From Paramecium tetraurelia (lineage: Eukaryota), in the NCBI GenBank assembly GCA_000165425.1, contig CT868119.1:310001-374000 (forward strand): DNA of 64,000 nt, written 5' to 3'. This document shows positions 41,148-56,553 of this stretch, piece after piece. Position numbers and translations under genes: made by a program. Below the pieces are notes generated by a model. It was given only the letters and a program-made list of their open reading frames with translations. It ran no database searches and was not told where the DNA came from. Position 1 is the stretch's first letter. Each line of letters starts with the position of its first letter.

Positions 41148-42663
41148 TAATCAATCTATTAAATCTGTAATTGAGTTCAAAACAAGATAAAGTCTAAAAA
41201 AGAAATTATAGTATTTTAAAAAGCAAAGACTTTTGAAGTCATAATGTAAAGAAAATTATATATTTAATAGAATTGATGCTTATTATTCACAGGTTAGCAT
41301 TTATTATATGGTGAGAATAATATCAAAAGAATGATTAAATGAAAGATTGAGAAGTGACCATAGTAATAATCAATTCGTTAGAAGATTGAAATTGGGGTTA
41401 ACTTACTCTTCTTGTTTATCTTAAATTTTGGGAGGATAATAGATTAATGACTAGTCAGTTTGTTTAAATTATAAAATATTGAGCATTCCAATCTAGTACG
41501 ATTATTCTATGTTCATGTATTTAATCAAAAATGGTATTGTCTTATTTCAATTATAATTTATTAGTTTTAAGATTCATCATCAAATACCCCATTGTTTTAT
41601 CATTACAAAGCAAACAAAACTAATTAGTGTTAATAAAATAAATGCTGATATTTTTCAAATAAATAAAAGCTTGTTAAATTTATAACTCCTAGTATACAGA
41701 TTGTTAAAATTCTAACTTTTGTGTTATTTGATATATTAAGTTTTAAATTAATGTTCATGTTTTTTGCTTTATCCTTCGTTTAAGTTTACTTTCACACATT
41801 TCCAAATTTGTTCTTCAATGATAGTAAGTAATTTACTTGTAATAATGGTTAAAATATTCTTCCATAGTCATTTCTTAATCCACCAATAATAGAAACTAAT
41901 TTTCATATCTTACCATGATTTTGAGTATGTAAATATTTAATTTTTGATAATATAAGGACTTTAACTTTTAATCGAAAATCTTAACAGCAGGGAGTAATTT
42001 TTTGAAATTAATAAAAATAATATTGTATAAGTTAGTAGGATCAGAAAACAAATATATGAAAATGTATTTAATATTATTTTCCAAACTAGACATCATTCAT
42101 TTTTATTTCTTGTTATTGTTATTAAAATTTAATTTATATTGCTAACCAATTAGGTTTAATCTCAAATTGATTTTCAATCTCGATTGGATTTGTAATTCAA
42201 AGTCTAAAATGATGTAAAAGATTCTAATAATCAAATTTAGAGTATGTATTTTATATTGTTTTGTTCACTTCAATAATAATAATTATTATTATGATTTGAA
42301 TATTATCCCATATTATAAATTAATTGTATAATAGTATTATTAAATAAATTAGATTTTCCTATTATCAATGATGAGCATAAGAGTAGTGAAACTACATAAA
42401 ATATGAGTACATTCATCTAGGCTATCTGATTATATTTTTAATGTTATTTAAAGTAATTACAATTTCTTTTATTTGTCAAAATGATAAAACAATTAATCTA
42501 TTAAGTCATAAATGAGTTTAATAATTGTTTATTGAATTAACACATGAAGTAATATTATTGAGGCATAAAAAGACTTGGTTGTCTCTACATTTATGCAAGT
42601 CTTAATTATAAAACAATACAAAAGGTTAAATTTTGATAATAATTAATTTTATTTATAAAATAT

Positions 42664-44761
42664 ATGAATTAAGAAGAGAAAAAAAATGAAAATAAAGAAC
42701 CAGAAGTGAAGGATAACGTCGAGGATTTTGGCATTAAGGTGTTATCTGCAGGTTAGAATTTGATATGAATGTATTAGAGGAATAGAAAAAGATTATGTTA
42801 CAAATAAGTTAAGAAGAATCATTCAATCTAAAAAATATCGAATAAAGAGAAGATGATGCTGTTTTTATAGAAGATGAACCAGAAAAGGCTTTGGCAAAAC
42901 TTTTAGCACTTAATTAATTAAATTTTTAAGAAAGGTAATTACATCGAATTAAGTTTATAGACAAGCTTATGCTAAACATTTGGCAGAACTCATAATATTG
43001 ATAGGAAATGAAGCATAATAATAATTGACTTAAATTATAAACCAACTAATTAACGATAGTGATGAAATGAAGAAAATCTTGATTCATTAACTTGATTTAT
43101 TGTTTGATTAGATAGACGTATCAAAGATTAAACAACATATATTGCCAGCATTGATGTAATTAATAAAATATCATAATTTTGACATTTAATCCGATGTTCA
43201 AAAATAGTTATCTAGAGTGATTTAGAAACTCTCTAAAGAAGAAATAAAAGATTTGATTCTAAATGATTTAGTTCTTATGATTCATGATGAATCCAATGAA
43301 GAAAATAAAATGATAGCTTTACAATTTTTTGGCTCTTATGCTCAAATTGCCGATTAATAATCTTTAGAGTCTTTCATTTCAACTGAAATAATAAATGCAG
43401 GTGAGGATATAAGCGTTAGAGTAAGAAAGGAATCAATTTAATAATTACCATCTATTGCAAAATCAGTAAGACCTGAGTTTTTTGTGTCCAAAATACTTCC
43501 TTATTATCTTTAGTACATCTACCATTAAATTATCTTAATAGAAAATCTGAAGATAAGTCATCATGGCATATACGCAAAGCCTGTGTAGAAATAATTGTGA
43601 AATTAGCTGATATAGCTCCTAAATAAGTAAGACAGAATGAATTGTGCAATAAAATGATTGACTTCCTAAAGTATTAAATAGATATTTAAATAGGGATTCG
43701 AATAAATGGGTGAAAGCATCAGCATTTTTTCTTCTTGGATATTTCATTCATAAATTACATGATTGTAATTAAAAAAATGAATAATTACTAAATGAATATT
43801 GCAGATCCATTAACAAAGATGTCTGTGAATATTTCTCATCTGATTAAGAAATTTATGATGCTTGTGCAGCAACTTTCCATTAGGTGGTTGAAATATATGG
43901 ATAAGAGAAGTGGCCTAATCTATTTAAACTATTATAAGGTCTAGTAAAAAATAAAGGAGTCAGAAAAGTATTGGCTGATAACTTATATATAATTGCTAAA
44001 TCATGTGGTCCGAGATATGCTGAAAAAGATCTTGTGTTCATTTTAGATTCATTTTTGAAGGATTTGAATGATGAAGTCAAATATGCAGCTGCACAAAACT
44101 TATGGGAATTTATAAGGATATTCGATGAGGATAAAAGAGATAATTTATTAGATGTAGTGTTAATCATATAAGTATTTTATATTCTTAATATTCACAGAGA
44201 GATCAAAAGAAATGGAGAATACGCCACCTTATTGCTAAATAAATTAAGCATTTGGTCCCTTTATACAGTGTTGATAACATATTTCAAATAATAGTGCCAA
44301 TCACATTGAAATTATGTAATGATATTGTAGCAGTTGTAAGAAAATAAGCAGCAAAAGAGATGCATTCTATTTTGTAATCTTTGAATACAGAGGATGAAAC
44401 AAGCTAAATTTACTATTAATGTTTAATTGAGAATATTAAAGCGTATGGAATCAGTCATCGTTTTAATCAGAGATAAGCGTATAGCTATATATGTTTATTA
44501 TTTAGATTTGCATATATGTGTTCAAAGTTGATCACTCTTAAAGATTTTGAATCCACTTTCTTGGAATAATTTGTATCCCTTAGTTTAGATCCGGTGAAGA
44601 ATGTTAGAATTACAGTAGCTCTGATTGTTTAAAAAAGATTTTAATAAGGTAAGTATTAGTGTATTATTCTAGGACATCTTAAAGATAATTAGAAAATATA
44701 GTAAATGGTATAAAATTTGAAGAGCCATAAGGATAGAGAAGTGCTAACAATTTTGAACTGA
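42664..44761 (+). CDS. HEAT-repeat protein phosphatase regulatory subunit, PP4R1-like
   Basis: HEAT signatures VRVRKESI, WHIRKACVEI, DSNKWVKASA, VRKVLADNLYIIA, FLKDLNDEVK, KKWRIR, DIVAVVR, DPVKNVR. Confidence 0.82.
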
Positions 44762-46470
44762 TTAGATTAAATTTACATGTATATGTTTATTATTATGTAT
44801 AATTGAAACTTTCTTGGCCATTCTAAAATAATTGTTATACTTAAATGATATAAATACGTAATTAATCGCAAATATTAAATATAAATTCCTGATTAATTAA
44901 AATAATTGTTAAATAATCATATTAAACTTTGAGTTAGATAAGAAAATTTATTAAAGATGTTTGTTTTCAAAACAAATGATCCTAATTGTTGGAGATTGTC
45001 TAGAATTTAAAGAAGTTTATGTTTCAGTTAATAGCTATGAAAATTTGGCATATATATAAGTATGATTGAATATTTCAGCTAAATATTTCTATATTTTCTT
45101 TAATCAACATTTAGGGTGAAACTAAAGCGAAAGTACGATGCAATATAAATAAAAACAAAAGCAAAAATCTAGACAAGTCTTTGTAACAATATGATTAATT
45201 AAATACAGTTGATTGAACGTATCTTTTTCCTGCAATTAAATGATTAGACAATTTACTTGGATTAGGTAATTTACTCACGTAAAGTATAATTAAGAAAGTG
45301 ATTAACAGATTATTGTAATAGATAAAGTCAAATAAAAAATGCCGAATTTGGAAAACATAATCAATATTATTTTTGTTAGTAAATATTAATGCTTGAGAAA
45401 ATCTATGAGTTGAAAATATCCTCTATTGTAAAAGATTATTAAAAAATCAAATACTTAGAATACTTGCTACATTTAAAATATAGAGCAAATGCATAAGGAC
45501 CAGTAAGCAAATTTTATAAGTTGAAGATTACAAAAGTGCTATATAATCCTATCAGATAGTACACTTTGTGAAGCTAATAGAAGAGATGAAATAGTTATTT
45601 AATAAAAGACTCTACTTATAATTAATTTTAAGTAACTGCTTATTAAATCTGGGTCTGAAATTGTAATAAATCAATCATCCTACTACCTTAATGCTGTTAT
45701 CTCTTAATTTGATCGGAAACTTGATATCTTTACATAATAGAGATATTATTAATACAAAACCTCCTTGTATTAAATATTCTAATTATTGTTTTAATTTACC
45801 TTTATTATGGTTCCATGTTTATTATAGCAGGAGATATCTAAGAAAGGGCGGGGGATTTCAATACAATGAATATAATTAAGTATTTACCATAGGGAATCTA
45901 TTTAAATTATGCTAAGATACTTATTAATTTTGGATGTTAATTTATTCTCAGATTATAATTCCAATCAAAACATTTATTTTTGAATTTATGGTCAACTTAC
46001 AAATGATGAAAACCTTATTAGATATGAGACTTCAATATCAGTAATTTTATATCATAATCAATATACAAATCCTGGATAATGAGTATAGCTAATTTTTTAG
46101 TGTTAAAATTTAAGGATTAAAGTAATGATCTTGGGCAAATAACGATTATGATTAAAAAATAAAGTAGAGGGAAAATTATTAGATGACTAATTTTAGGAAG
46201 TAAAACTTTATCAGCTAAATATTAATGTAAGGAGAAAATGAATTAGAAAATCATTCTATATTTAAATAGCCACATAAAACAATGAGAAATGCATTTGTTG
46301 TTGATGTGAACTAAAATTATTCATTTTTCTCTATGAACCAAAACAATATACTTTGATCAATTATTGATGAAAATCTACAATCTGATGCTAATTCTAATTA
46401 TTGGTTTATAAAGACAAATTTCTATAAATATTATATATTTTAATAATTTTTTTTTTAAATCTTGAGAGTG

Positions 46471-49400
46471 ATGAACAAGATTAAAGACTTTTCTAGTGGG
46501 TACATTAAAACTATACTGTTTGCAATTGAGTATAAACCTCGTTTTTAAGTATGATAATGATTATTCCAAAGTTCCCTTAAGAGTTTTTTATTATCCCCCA
46601 TCTTTTACATCATGTTCAATTATTAGGTTTATTTTTAGAGAGATCATCAGATTAGGCCTTTGATTACGCTGTGGTGTTGACACATTTCTCTTTAATTGAA
46701 CCTATGTTGACATATGAACTAAGCACAATATTTCTATTTGTAATTTTTGCTTTTTAAATCATATTACTAATTTATCTACTTTTTGCAACATTTGAAACTT
46801 AAAGAGTGTCCTTAAACTTTAAATTAAGATTAATTTTAGAGAAAAAGATAGAATCAGTTAATTCTATACTGCACTGGTACTTTACTTTTTATAGCATCTT
46901 CACAATACCAATTATTGTAATTAGCGTCAAATTTATGTTAACTAATTATTATATATTCGGATATTTTAATGCATTATTATAGTATTGCTAAGGAATAATT
47001 CTCATTTATCTATTAAGGAATCACAGATTCGCAGAAAACAATTCCTTTAAAAGAAGATTTGCATATGTTCAATTATTTAATTATACCATTGGTTACTTAT
47101 TAATCTTTTTTAGATTCTATTAAGAAATTTTATTTGTCAAGTATATCTTTGGATTTTCTTATGCATTTTTGCAAATATTAGATCAATTTTATAGTTGTCC
47201 TTATCGAGATCCATTTAGAGAACCCTCATTAAAAGTAGCTATGGTACTATTTAGTAGCATATTCATTTGTCTTATGTTTTCTTTGGAAATAATAGTAGAT
47301 GGATAATTGTTTTGGACTTTGTTTGTTGCTGCCTTAATGAGTGGAGTGTCGACTTCAATAAGTTCATTGTTTCATGAATTTGCAATGACTAATTACAATT
47401 CTCGTTTCAATCTATAAGAGAAATATATAATTATTGGAGTGGATTAATTTTATAGTCATTTTATCCATTTTTAAACAAGTGAATATAATAAATTAACTTA
47501 CTTTTAATAATTACTTAAACATAATGAGAATTGTCTCAGACTTAAGTGTCCTTCTTAAAGAACTAAATTATCAAAAATGAATTTTAATGATAAGATTTAA
47601 TTGCAAAAACTAACAATTGATGTAGTAAGTTGTATCTTTAAGACTTGTCATAGTAGGACTGTAGTCAAAAATGGGGAAATTCATAAACCAAAGTTCGAGC
47701 AATTGCAATTACAATATATTAGTTTTTTATCATCAACAGCATAAAGACCATTAATTGGTTATGTTGAATTACGAAAATATCAGCAAGATTAAAATAGCGA
47801 TAATTCCTTATATTTTAGAGAATTGACTTCAAAAATTTCAGCAGAGTTGGAGTTTTCCATTTTGTATCTCCAAGAGAGAATGATATAATAGCAATTTAGA
47901 AAGGAAAGATATATGGCAAAGGAGGAGAAATTAACTATTGCATAACTCTGGAGGAGTATTAATTTTTATTAAGAAATCACTCCTAAAATAATAGAAGTAA
48001 TAGAAAAGAAACAAAAATTTTGGGACAATCTCATCGAAGGTTACGATGATTTAGAACCATTTCATAAAGAATAGCTTTAATTGTGCAAATCTATAGATGA
48101 ATTATATAAGAGTATTAAATGTAAGAGATATGATCTATTAATAAGCCACAATCATAATACCAGAAGTGTTTTTTGATAGATCAAAAGATATCAGTTTATA
48201 AACTGTCCTAAAAACATTGGATCCAGAAGATAGAAATATCAATATACTAAATTTGAAGTTGTATTCTATTCTATACGCTGTGATATTAAATGACTTTGAC
48301 AGAGTAATTTAGTATTTCAAAATAGGCATTTTAAGCAGAAAAACAAATAGAAGAACTTATAAAAGAAGATAGATAGAAATCGGTGGAAGTTATTGATGAC
48401 TGTGCTCTCTTAAAGGATGAAGCTGTCATTATCTTAGTGAGTCTTGTAAGAAAGAAGGGCCATATTGTGAATAAGAATTTGTTAACTTTAGCTAATTTCT
48501 TTGAATTTTAGAATGTTTAAGATATAGCAGCTGTATAACTATTAGTCTAGTATTTAGTAAACGCTAATCTCATCCTTCCTGCCACCTGATTTAAGAATAT
48601 TGCATGATGCATAGTTAAATGATTTTATATCAAAGGGTTATACTAAGTATTCTGTATAAAGCATCCATTCTTATTTTCTATAAAAATAGGGATATTTAAG
48701 AGAATGCTATATCAAATTGGGTAATTTATTTTAAGATTCCTCTGATTTCGTTTTGACTGGTTCAATTCTTAGATTACAACCCTCATATGATGTAATTATG
48801 TTTGATAGTTATGGCAAAATTATTGGATCTACTTAAGATTTCTTTGAAAAAAGGATACTGCCCAATAATCCAAATATGACAATGGAAAGATTTGTGGAGC
48901 AAGGACATATCTTTATGTTGATGCCATTTATCTTTATTAACCTAAGGAAATTAGCTAATGAAATTGAGACAGAATTTGTAGATTATACATATTTCCCAGA
49001 ATAATTATAAGATATTTGCTTATAGTTTGGATAGATATTCAATGATAGATAAAAATACGATTAAAAATTGTCATCCTATAATTTAACTACTATAAAGTCC
49101 TAGTTAGTATCACATGGCTCTGCTGTTTCTGCAAGAAGTTTCAATAATTAAGAAGAGTAAGTTAAAATCAAAGGATAGAATATCCCCATGTTATAAGTGG
49201 AAAGAATGAATTTAATTTTAGACTTTTTATAAAAGTATCATGATGAATAAACCATCAAATGTGATGTACTTAAAATTAAGTACAATTTAGAGTTTCAGAT
49301 AATGGAGACAAAAAAGGAGAGATACCCATATTTTGTATTAAAGTTGGAACCCTTAAGTGAATTTGAAAGATCAGATTCAAGTTCAATTATTCCTTATAAA

Positions 49401-51850
49401 AAGTCTATTCGAAGAACTTTGATGGCTCTAAAATATGGGGAATCACAAACTGGATTAGATTCCACCAATACAAAGAATTTCATGACTAGACATCTTTAAG
49501 AAAACTCTGATCAACTCAACGAAACTGCTGATTTAAAAGGTCCTTCAGACCAATAAATTTTAGAATAGATTATGGAAATAAACAATAGTAATATTTCTAA
49601 ACTATTAAAATAACAGGATGAGTCAAAAGTCATCTTTGAAAATCCTCAAATTTCTAGGATTGAAGACTAAGACTTTCAATAATTAGTATAGGATATTGAA
49701 GAAAGTAAAATCAATGCCTAATAACCAGAATAGGAACAATTTGATGATCCAAAATATGAATCTGATTTAATAGAAAAAAAGTCTGATAGTTCAAAAGATT
49801 TATAAAAAAAGAAGAAAAATGATATTCTAGAAATTTTAAGAAAGAATATGAATAATTAGGAAGTTTAAGATCATGAAAATAAATAGTCTTCTAAACCTAG
49901 TTCAGCAAAAACCTCATCATCAAAGTCTCCATATCTATTGATTAGATCTCTCTATCAGTTTGGTGAAATCAATACTCAAATGTGGTTAATAATAATATTA
50001 AACATTGTTGTTTGTCTAACTGCACTAATTTTAGTATTCATTAAGATCTACATAGTCTAAGGTATTTATTTAAGTTATTTTCAGATTAATTCGGAATTCT
50101 TTAAACTAATTTAAATTATGTTTAATATCCGGAAAAAATCAATAATTACTTCTTAAAGACTCTGATGTTTTCATCAAACATTCTTCAATAAAAACTAAAT
50201 TTCGTAAACTATAGCTAAATAGTGAATGATGCCTTCAAAACTGAATTCAACACTTTAGCTTTGAATATTGAACATGACTTAAAGAGTATTTATGAGGATA
50301 TCATTACTTTTGAAAATTAAGTAATACCATTAAATGACAATCTCAAAATCATCAATAACCTATAATAGTTCGAAATTACATTTGATCTTACAATATTGTT
50401 AGAGCAGATATCATCAAATTCAATCAATTTAAATCAATAAATCCAAAACGAGTTAGACGAAAAATTCGTGTCACTCAACCTATTCTTCAAATTAAATATG
50501 GTTCAAGTCATAACAGTTAGTAAAAGTTATATAAATTATCTAAATGACAATTTAATATTTTATGAGTAATAAATTGTTAATGCTCTCATTTATGTAGTTG
50601 TTGCGGAACTTAGTGTCATAACAACTTTTATGTTTTTGATCATAAAGGTCTTGCAAGATGTTAATTAATTAATCAGAAAGATCTTAGTACTTATTACTAA
50701 ATTGAGTGAAGATGATGTGAATCAGATTAACAAGATTTATAATGAAATCAAAACTATTTTAAAGGATCCAAAATAAGTCTTATGGAAATAAACAAACTTT
50801 GTTAAATATGTATTTGAATCAAACTTTGTGAAAGCAAAAGAAGATTTAAATTTTCTTTAGTCCTCAAGTGGATAAAGTACTGCTAAGAACAATAAGCAGA
50901 AATTCAAAAAGAGATATTAAAATAGTTCCTTAACTTCAAGAGTTTATAACTTGAGATTACCTCAAATTTGGAACTATGCCTTCTTATTTGGATCATGGTT
51001 ATTTCTAGCAGGATATCTATTAGGTGCATTAGGCTTATCTATATCAATGGTCTAATCCATTAAACCAGCAATCACATTAAATTTATAATTGATTGAATTC
51101 AAATTAAAATTTGATTCCCTTGTTGTTTATGGAGAAATTTTGAAAACTGACTATTTGGTGAATAAAAAATTAAATCAAATTTTTGAGTTGTCTTAAATTG
51201 ACTTTAATTAAGATGGTGTTTTATCAGAATTTTTCTCCTTACAAAATGGCTTTTAAGATTAATTATCTGTCATTTATGATCAATTAGCTTCAAGTACATC
51301 CCTATTAGAAGAACAAAAAAACACATTGTTAGTACCATTTCGAAGTTCCCTTTGTGAAAGTGATCCAACTCTGGTTCCAGCTTGTACAAATTCATTTGCA
51401 CCAGCCTCTTCAGATAATAGTTTGGACTATATATCTGGAGGGATAGTCGATATGGTACATGAATTTTCTAAGACTTTGAAAACATTTTGGTAATCAAACG
51501 ATTATGCTATAACAGATGAGGATTAATTGGAACACTTTTTATCAGGGTAAGTTCATACAACTGAATTTACACATCATTTTCTATTTTAAGGGAAGATAAT
51601 GGAACAAATCGCAAGTACGATGCTGAATTTAAATAAAAGTACTTTAGACTCAGTTATTTTAAAATTTCAAATTTATATGTATACTATGGGCTTAGCAATG
51701 ATTATCATTTATATCTTGTGTTTTTACAAGTGGATATTAAGATTGGATAATGGAATGTATTTGACAAAGTTAGCTTTAACTTTAATTCCTGCAGATTCTT
51801 TAACTGAACAAAAGACAATGACAGACTTGAAAAATATTTAAAATGAATGA
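46471..51850 (+). CDS. Large multi-pass membrane protein with a central PAS-like region
   Basis: About 1,750 codons; N-terminal TM cluster, DEAVIILVSLVRKKGHIVN...LANFFEF...LHDA (PAS-like), low-complexity linker, C-terminal TM helices; first intron 46549-46571. Confidence 0.75.
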
Positions 51851-52459
51851 CAATTATAATATCTATATTCCGCAATTAAATAAATGTATTATAAACATAT
51901 AAATCTTATTGCAAAGTAGCATTCAAAGGTAAAGTTCAAATTGAAAATTTCTATCATATTGATAATCATAAACAATAGGTGCATAGTTTTCAAATTCTCA
52001 AATAGAATAAGTTTGACATCAAAATAGTTATTATGGGAGTTAAAATTAAAAACTTAAATAAGCTTTTAATGGGATATTAGTTTGGTAAAATGAATTAAAA
52101 TTTGTCTTATCACTAGTATAATTATCTTGATATTCTTTTCAATAAAAACAAATTAAATTGACCTGAATCTAGATATACTGTGCATATTTCCATTTAATTA
52201 AAAAACATAATAGTATAGAATTTGTTAAAGAATTGGCTATCCTATATTTAAAAGATCTCCTTATTGCATTTGTCAAATAAATAAGAAGAGCCTTAATAAT
52301 GATTTATATGCAATAGATTTTCATTAATGTAGCGTAGTTAAATGTGATAAAGTAAGAATTAAGTTTATATTATGACTGCAAGTGAATAGAAAAATCATAC
52401 TGGCAGAATTATGAAATTATCAATAAGCTGTGAAATAATGTAAATAACGATATATTTAT

Positions 52460-54151
52460 ATGAATTATAAATTAACAGAGCCTCTTTAAGCTTAGGATCA
52501 GAAACCAGAAATTGTAGGGGAATTTATAACTCCTAAAGGTAAAAGAAGGGTTTTGCATGGATTTTCTAATTCAATAATTGTCGCCAACAAGAAGAAATTT
52601 ATTTCCCTAACCTTTGAAACCAAATTTTAATTATTAAGAGAATCGGTTGAGGAGAAATTTAAAGTTGGAAAAGCATTAGGATTATTGATTGAAAGAGAGA
52701 ACATTGAGCACAAAATAAAATTATTTTCAGATGATCAATAGCTATTAAAAAGATGGAGAGATTATTTAGCAAAACACATAAATCAAAGAGCATTTCATGA
52801 AAGCTTTAAAGCACATCGAAAAATTGGAAAGGGCAATTTTGCATCAGTTTATTTGGCTGATCGTTTAGAGGATGAAAGAAGCTTTGCGATAAAAGCATTT
52901 TCAAAAGAGGTTGCGTATGGTTAAGATAAAGGAAAAGTAAAAATGTCCTTTTTATTGTAGTTGTCTATATTGAATGAAATTTCTGTAATGAGATAGTTTG
53001 ATAGTCATGCCTTAATAAAATTGCATGAAGTTTACGAAACTGAAAATTCCTTATACATGGTACTTGATTTGCTGGAAGGAGGATCTCTCTACGATAAAGT
53101 AAAAAATAGGCCTTAGTTTAATTCATTTGAAATTGAAGTGCTTTTATTTACTTTATTGGAAGGATTGCAACATATGCATTCAAAGCACATAATGCATAGA
53201 GATTTAAAGCCAGAAAATATATTATTTAGAAAAGCAAAGTAATCATTATTCTATTGAATTATTAGCAATATCTAATCTGTTTGTATAGCTGATTTTGGGT
53301 TGGCTTAAAACGCTGATGAATTCCCATATTTATTTAATCGATGCGGAACACCAGGTTTTGTAGCTCCAGAAGTGGTCAACTGCAAAGATGGAGGAAGATA
53401 CGATCCAATTTGTGATGTATATAGCTTAGGACTCATATTTTACATATTGTAATTTCATTGTAAATTTTATAAGATTAACTGGCAAACCTGCATTTCCAGG
53501 AAAAAGCTATAATGATGTCTTAGCAAAAAACAGAAAATGTGAAATATCCTTCGATGGAGCCATATTTGAGAATGTTCCTTAATAGGCCTATGATTTATTG
53601 AGGAAGATGTTAGAAAAAGAACCTCAAAAACGGATCACTGCTTAATAGGCTCTTGGACATTCTTATTTTGGTAGAAGGGTAAAATAGGTAGAAGAAAATG
53701 AAGAGACAACTTTAAAGATATAGGAAGAGCATTTAAAATTTGATAAATAGAGACTAAAATAGCTAAGTAATTCACCACTTCATTCACCATTGATAACTGC
53801 TTCTTCAAAATTAAGGAAGGATTGTTCAAATGATAGTTTATATCAAAATAGCCCTTTACTAAATGGGCACACTGATTAGATAGGTATTATTATCTAAACT
53901 ACGTAGATTCTCCTTCAAACAACGGATTCAATAGTCCTTCTGCTTAGGGCAGATAATTAAATAGAGGAGATTAACAATAATAATAAAAGCCTTCAAGATT
54001 CAGAGATTTTGATGGAAATAATACTAATGGTTAGGGAAGTTATTAAAATTCTAATTCAAAGCCATTTAGTCTAAATTAAAATCCTTTGCATAAATATGCA
54101 ATTAGAAATGAAATGGTCAGATAGTAAAATAACTAAGAATAAAAATAATGA
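52460..54151 (+). CDS. Ser/Thr protein kinase (CaMK-like) with an N-terminal PH-like domain
   Basis: IGKGNFASVY, FAIK, HRDLKPEN, IADFGLA, RCGTPGFVAPE, DVYSLG; N-terminal LKRWRDYL helix; Q/S-rich tail. Confidence 0.9.
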
Positions 54152-54812
54152 AATCAGGAAATTTGAAAATATATTTTATCATTCTAAAATATCATTTTAT
54201 ATTTAAATCAATATTTAGATGTTTGTTGATGGTAGATTAATATTATGCCCCTTTCTTAATGATGAAAAGTATATTATTAATAAACAATATTATTTTTAAT
54301 CTATCTCTTTATAATGGTATCAATCTGAACTTGGCAACAAATATTTATTATAACAAGTTCATTCAAATCCTAAGGAATACAAATAAAATAGAATTGTAAT
54401 TAGTCTTTTTTAACACTTGTAATAGCAAAATCTACGACTATTATAAATCCACTTTAGGAAATTTGAGATTGTAAGGGTAAGATAATCTTTTTTTGTTTAG
54501 AAAATTAGCATGAAAAATAGTTTTAGATAGTCTCGATGATGTAGTATTTTAGAAATTAATTTAAATATAGAAGCCAATTCATACAAAATCTTTACAGATA
54601 TTGAAATCACATATTCCATATTTAAAAGTAAATGATGAAAACGAAAAATAAATGACAAAATGTGTCTATCCATTCATAAAAGGTGGAAAGAAGAGGAATT
54701 AGATATCATTAAATATGTGTATCAAATGAGATATAATAGTGTTTGATTAGATAAATTTTTTGTTGATGGATTTCTAAACTTGATATATATTAAAAATGAA
54801 TTATTAATTAAA

Positions 54813-56514
54813 ATGAGTGAAAGTATTGATATAAATGATATAATCACTCTGAATAGGTATTTTCATTTAATATGAAGAAACATCTATGGAACTTAATAGT
54901 AGAACAAGGAAAGCAAGATACTTCAAAAGCCTGCAGATGATTCTAGTCTCACTATTGATAACATTTTAAAAGGAAATCAGTATGAAAATATATCTAAACA
55001 TTAGAGCATTTTATGCTCCAGTCTCAGTTAAGGCAGAATAAATAAATGAAAAGATTGCAGAGGAATCAGCAGAAGAAAAGACTGACTTCTTTCAAGAGGT
55101 GTAATTATTAAGTAAAATCCCTGAAATAACTTCTCTCAATTCAATCTACAATTATAAGACAATTTTTAAGAATGATGGAATCCCTTATGATGAGGTAAAA
55201 AATTTAGATAAAAGTACATAATTATTCAATTGAAATAGCAAGGATCAAAAGAAAAGAAAGAGAATAGAAAGGCAGCGAAACATCTATAGCAAAGGAAGCA
55301 GTTGTTGTTAAAAAGCAATATGTTAGACTTTATAAAAATTAAATCTCAAAATTATGTTTTATCACTCCAAAAAGTTTATTATTGACTAGCAAACATTTGG
55401 TGAACAATACAAAGTGGGAAAAACTCTTAAATTTACAAGATTTCGGAGGCTAAAGACCATCTTTGTCAATAGTTCAAGAAAAAACAACTGGCCGCTTTTA
55501 TATCTACGATAATAAATTAGGGAAGGTTCATATATATAGTTCAGATATGTTAATAAATGACAATAAGGATAAGCCACTTGTGTCGTTGAATTTAAATGAA
55601 GACAAGCCAAGACAAGATCCACTTCTATATTTAATAGAGTGTGAGCATGAATATTAATGGAAAAGTGTTTTGCTTGTTATAGGAGGACATCAACTTCAAA
55701 GGGGAGAAAAGAAGCCTCTGAAAACAATAAAAGTGTTTGAGATTAAGCGAAGAGAAGTCACTCTCACTCCTGTTCTAACTATAACTATGACTAAATCAAG
55801 AATGAATCCAATCGTATTTGATTTAATTAAAGATAAAGGAATTATTTGGCAAGACAAGGACAACAGAGATAAAGAAAAGTTTGATCCTTAGCATAGATCA
55901 GTTGATTCTAAATATATATTTTTTATGGGTGGCAATCCTCTATTGGAATATGAAAAAGAAATAAGTTAAGAATTAATTGAAGCTAATCAAACATGTGAAT
56001 ATGTGAGTTTGAAATTAGTATTAGAACATATTGCTAGAGCAAAATTAGTAATTGTAAATTTATACTTAGTTTTTTTAAACTGATTAAGCTAATTTGGGAT
56101 TGAATTTTGGTAAATTTTCCATTGTTGATACTCTTACAATCAAATATTAAAACATTGTAGCTACATAAAAGGTTTATAACCATTTTTATAATGCTTCTGT
56201 CACCAAAATGGTAGATGAAGTCTTTCAATAAAAGGCATTAATAGTAGTGGGAGGAAATACTTGTTAGACTTTTCAAATATAAGCCATATCATTTAAATTA
56301 AATGAAATTACTTTGATTGGTTATAATAAACAAATATCTAATCCTTCTCTCATTCATTCAGCAAGTAATTTAAGGTTTGATTTATTTCATAATTAGATAT
56401 TTTGAAAAAAAGGTTTGGTATTTTGATGACACAAACAAAAAAGATCCAATGGTCCTGATGAATATGGATTTTAGAAGAGATATAAAAACATCCTGTACTT
56501 GTTCAATCATGTGA
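54813..56514 (+). CDS. Kelch/beta-propeller-like hypothetical protein with C-terminal CaaX motif
   Basis: Repeated hydrophobic-GG motifs (LLVIGG, IFFMGG, LIVVGG); the last exon ends ...KTSCTCSIM then TGA. Confidence 0.65.
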
Positions 56515-56553
56515 GATTACATAAATTACATCTTCTAAATTTATATATATTAG

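Noticed and set aside
41148..42663. 1.5-kb AT-rich spacer considered as a retained IES, transposon remnant or ncRNA
   Set aside because: I saw no terminal inverted repeats, transposase motifs or structured-RNA hallmarks. TA dinucleotides are too common to call IES ends.
44762..46470. 1.7-kb region with short open frames (e.g. 45691 onward)
   Set aside because: No recognisable motif or consistent exon structure; it may be a decayed gene but I cannot support that.
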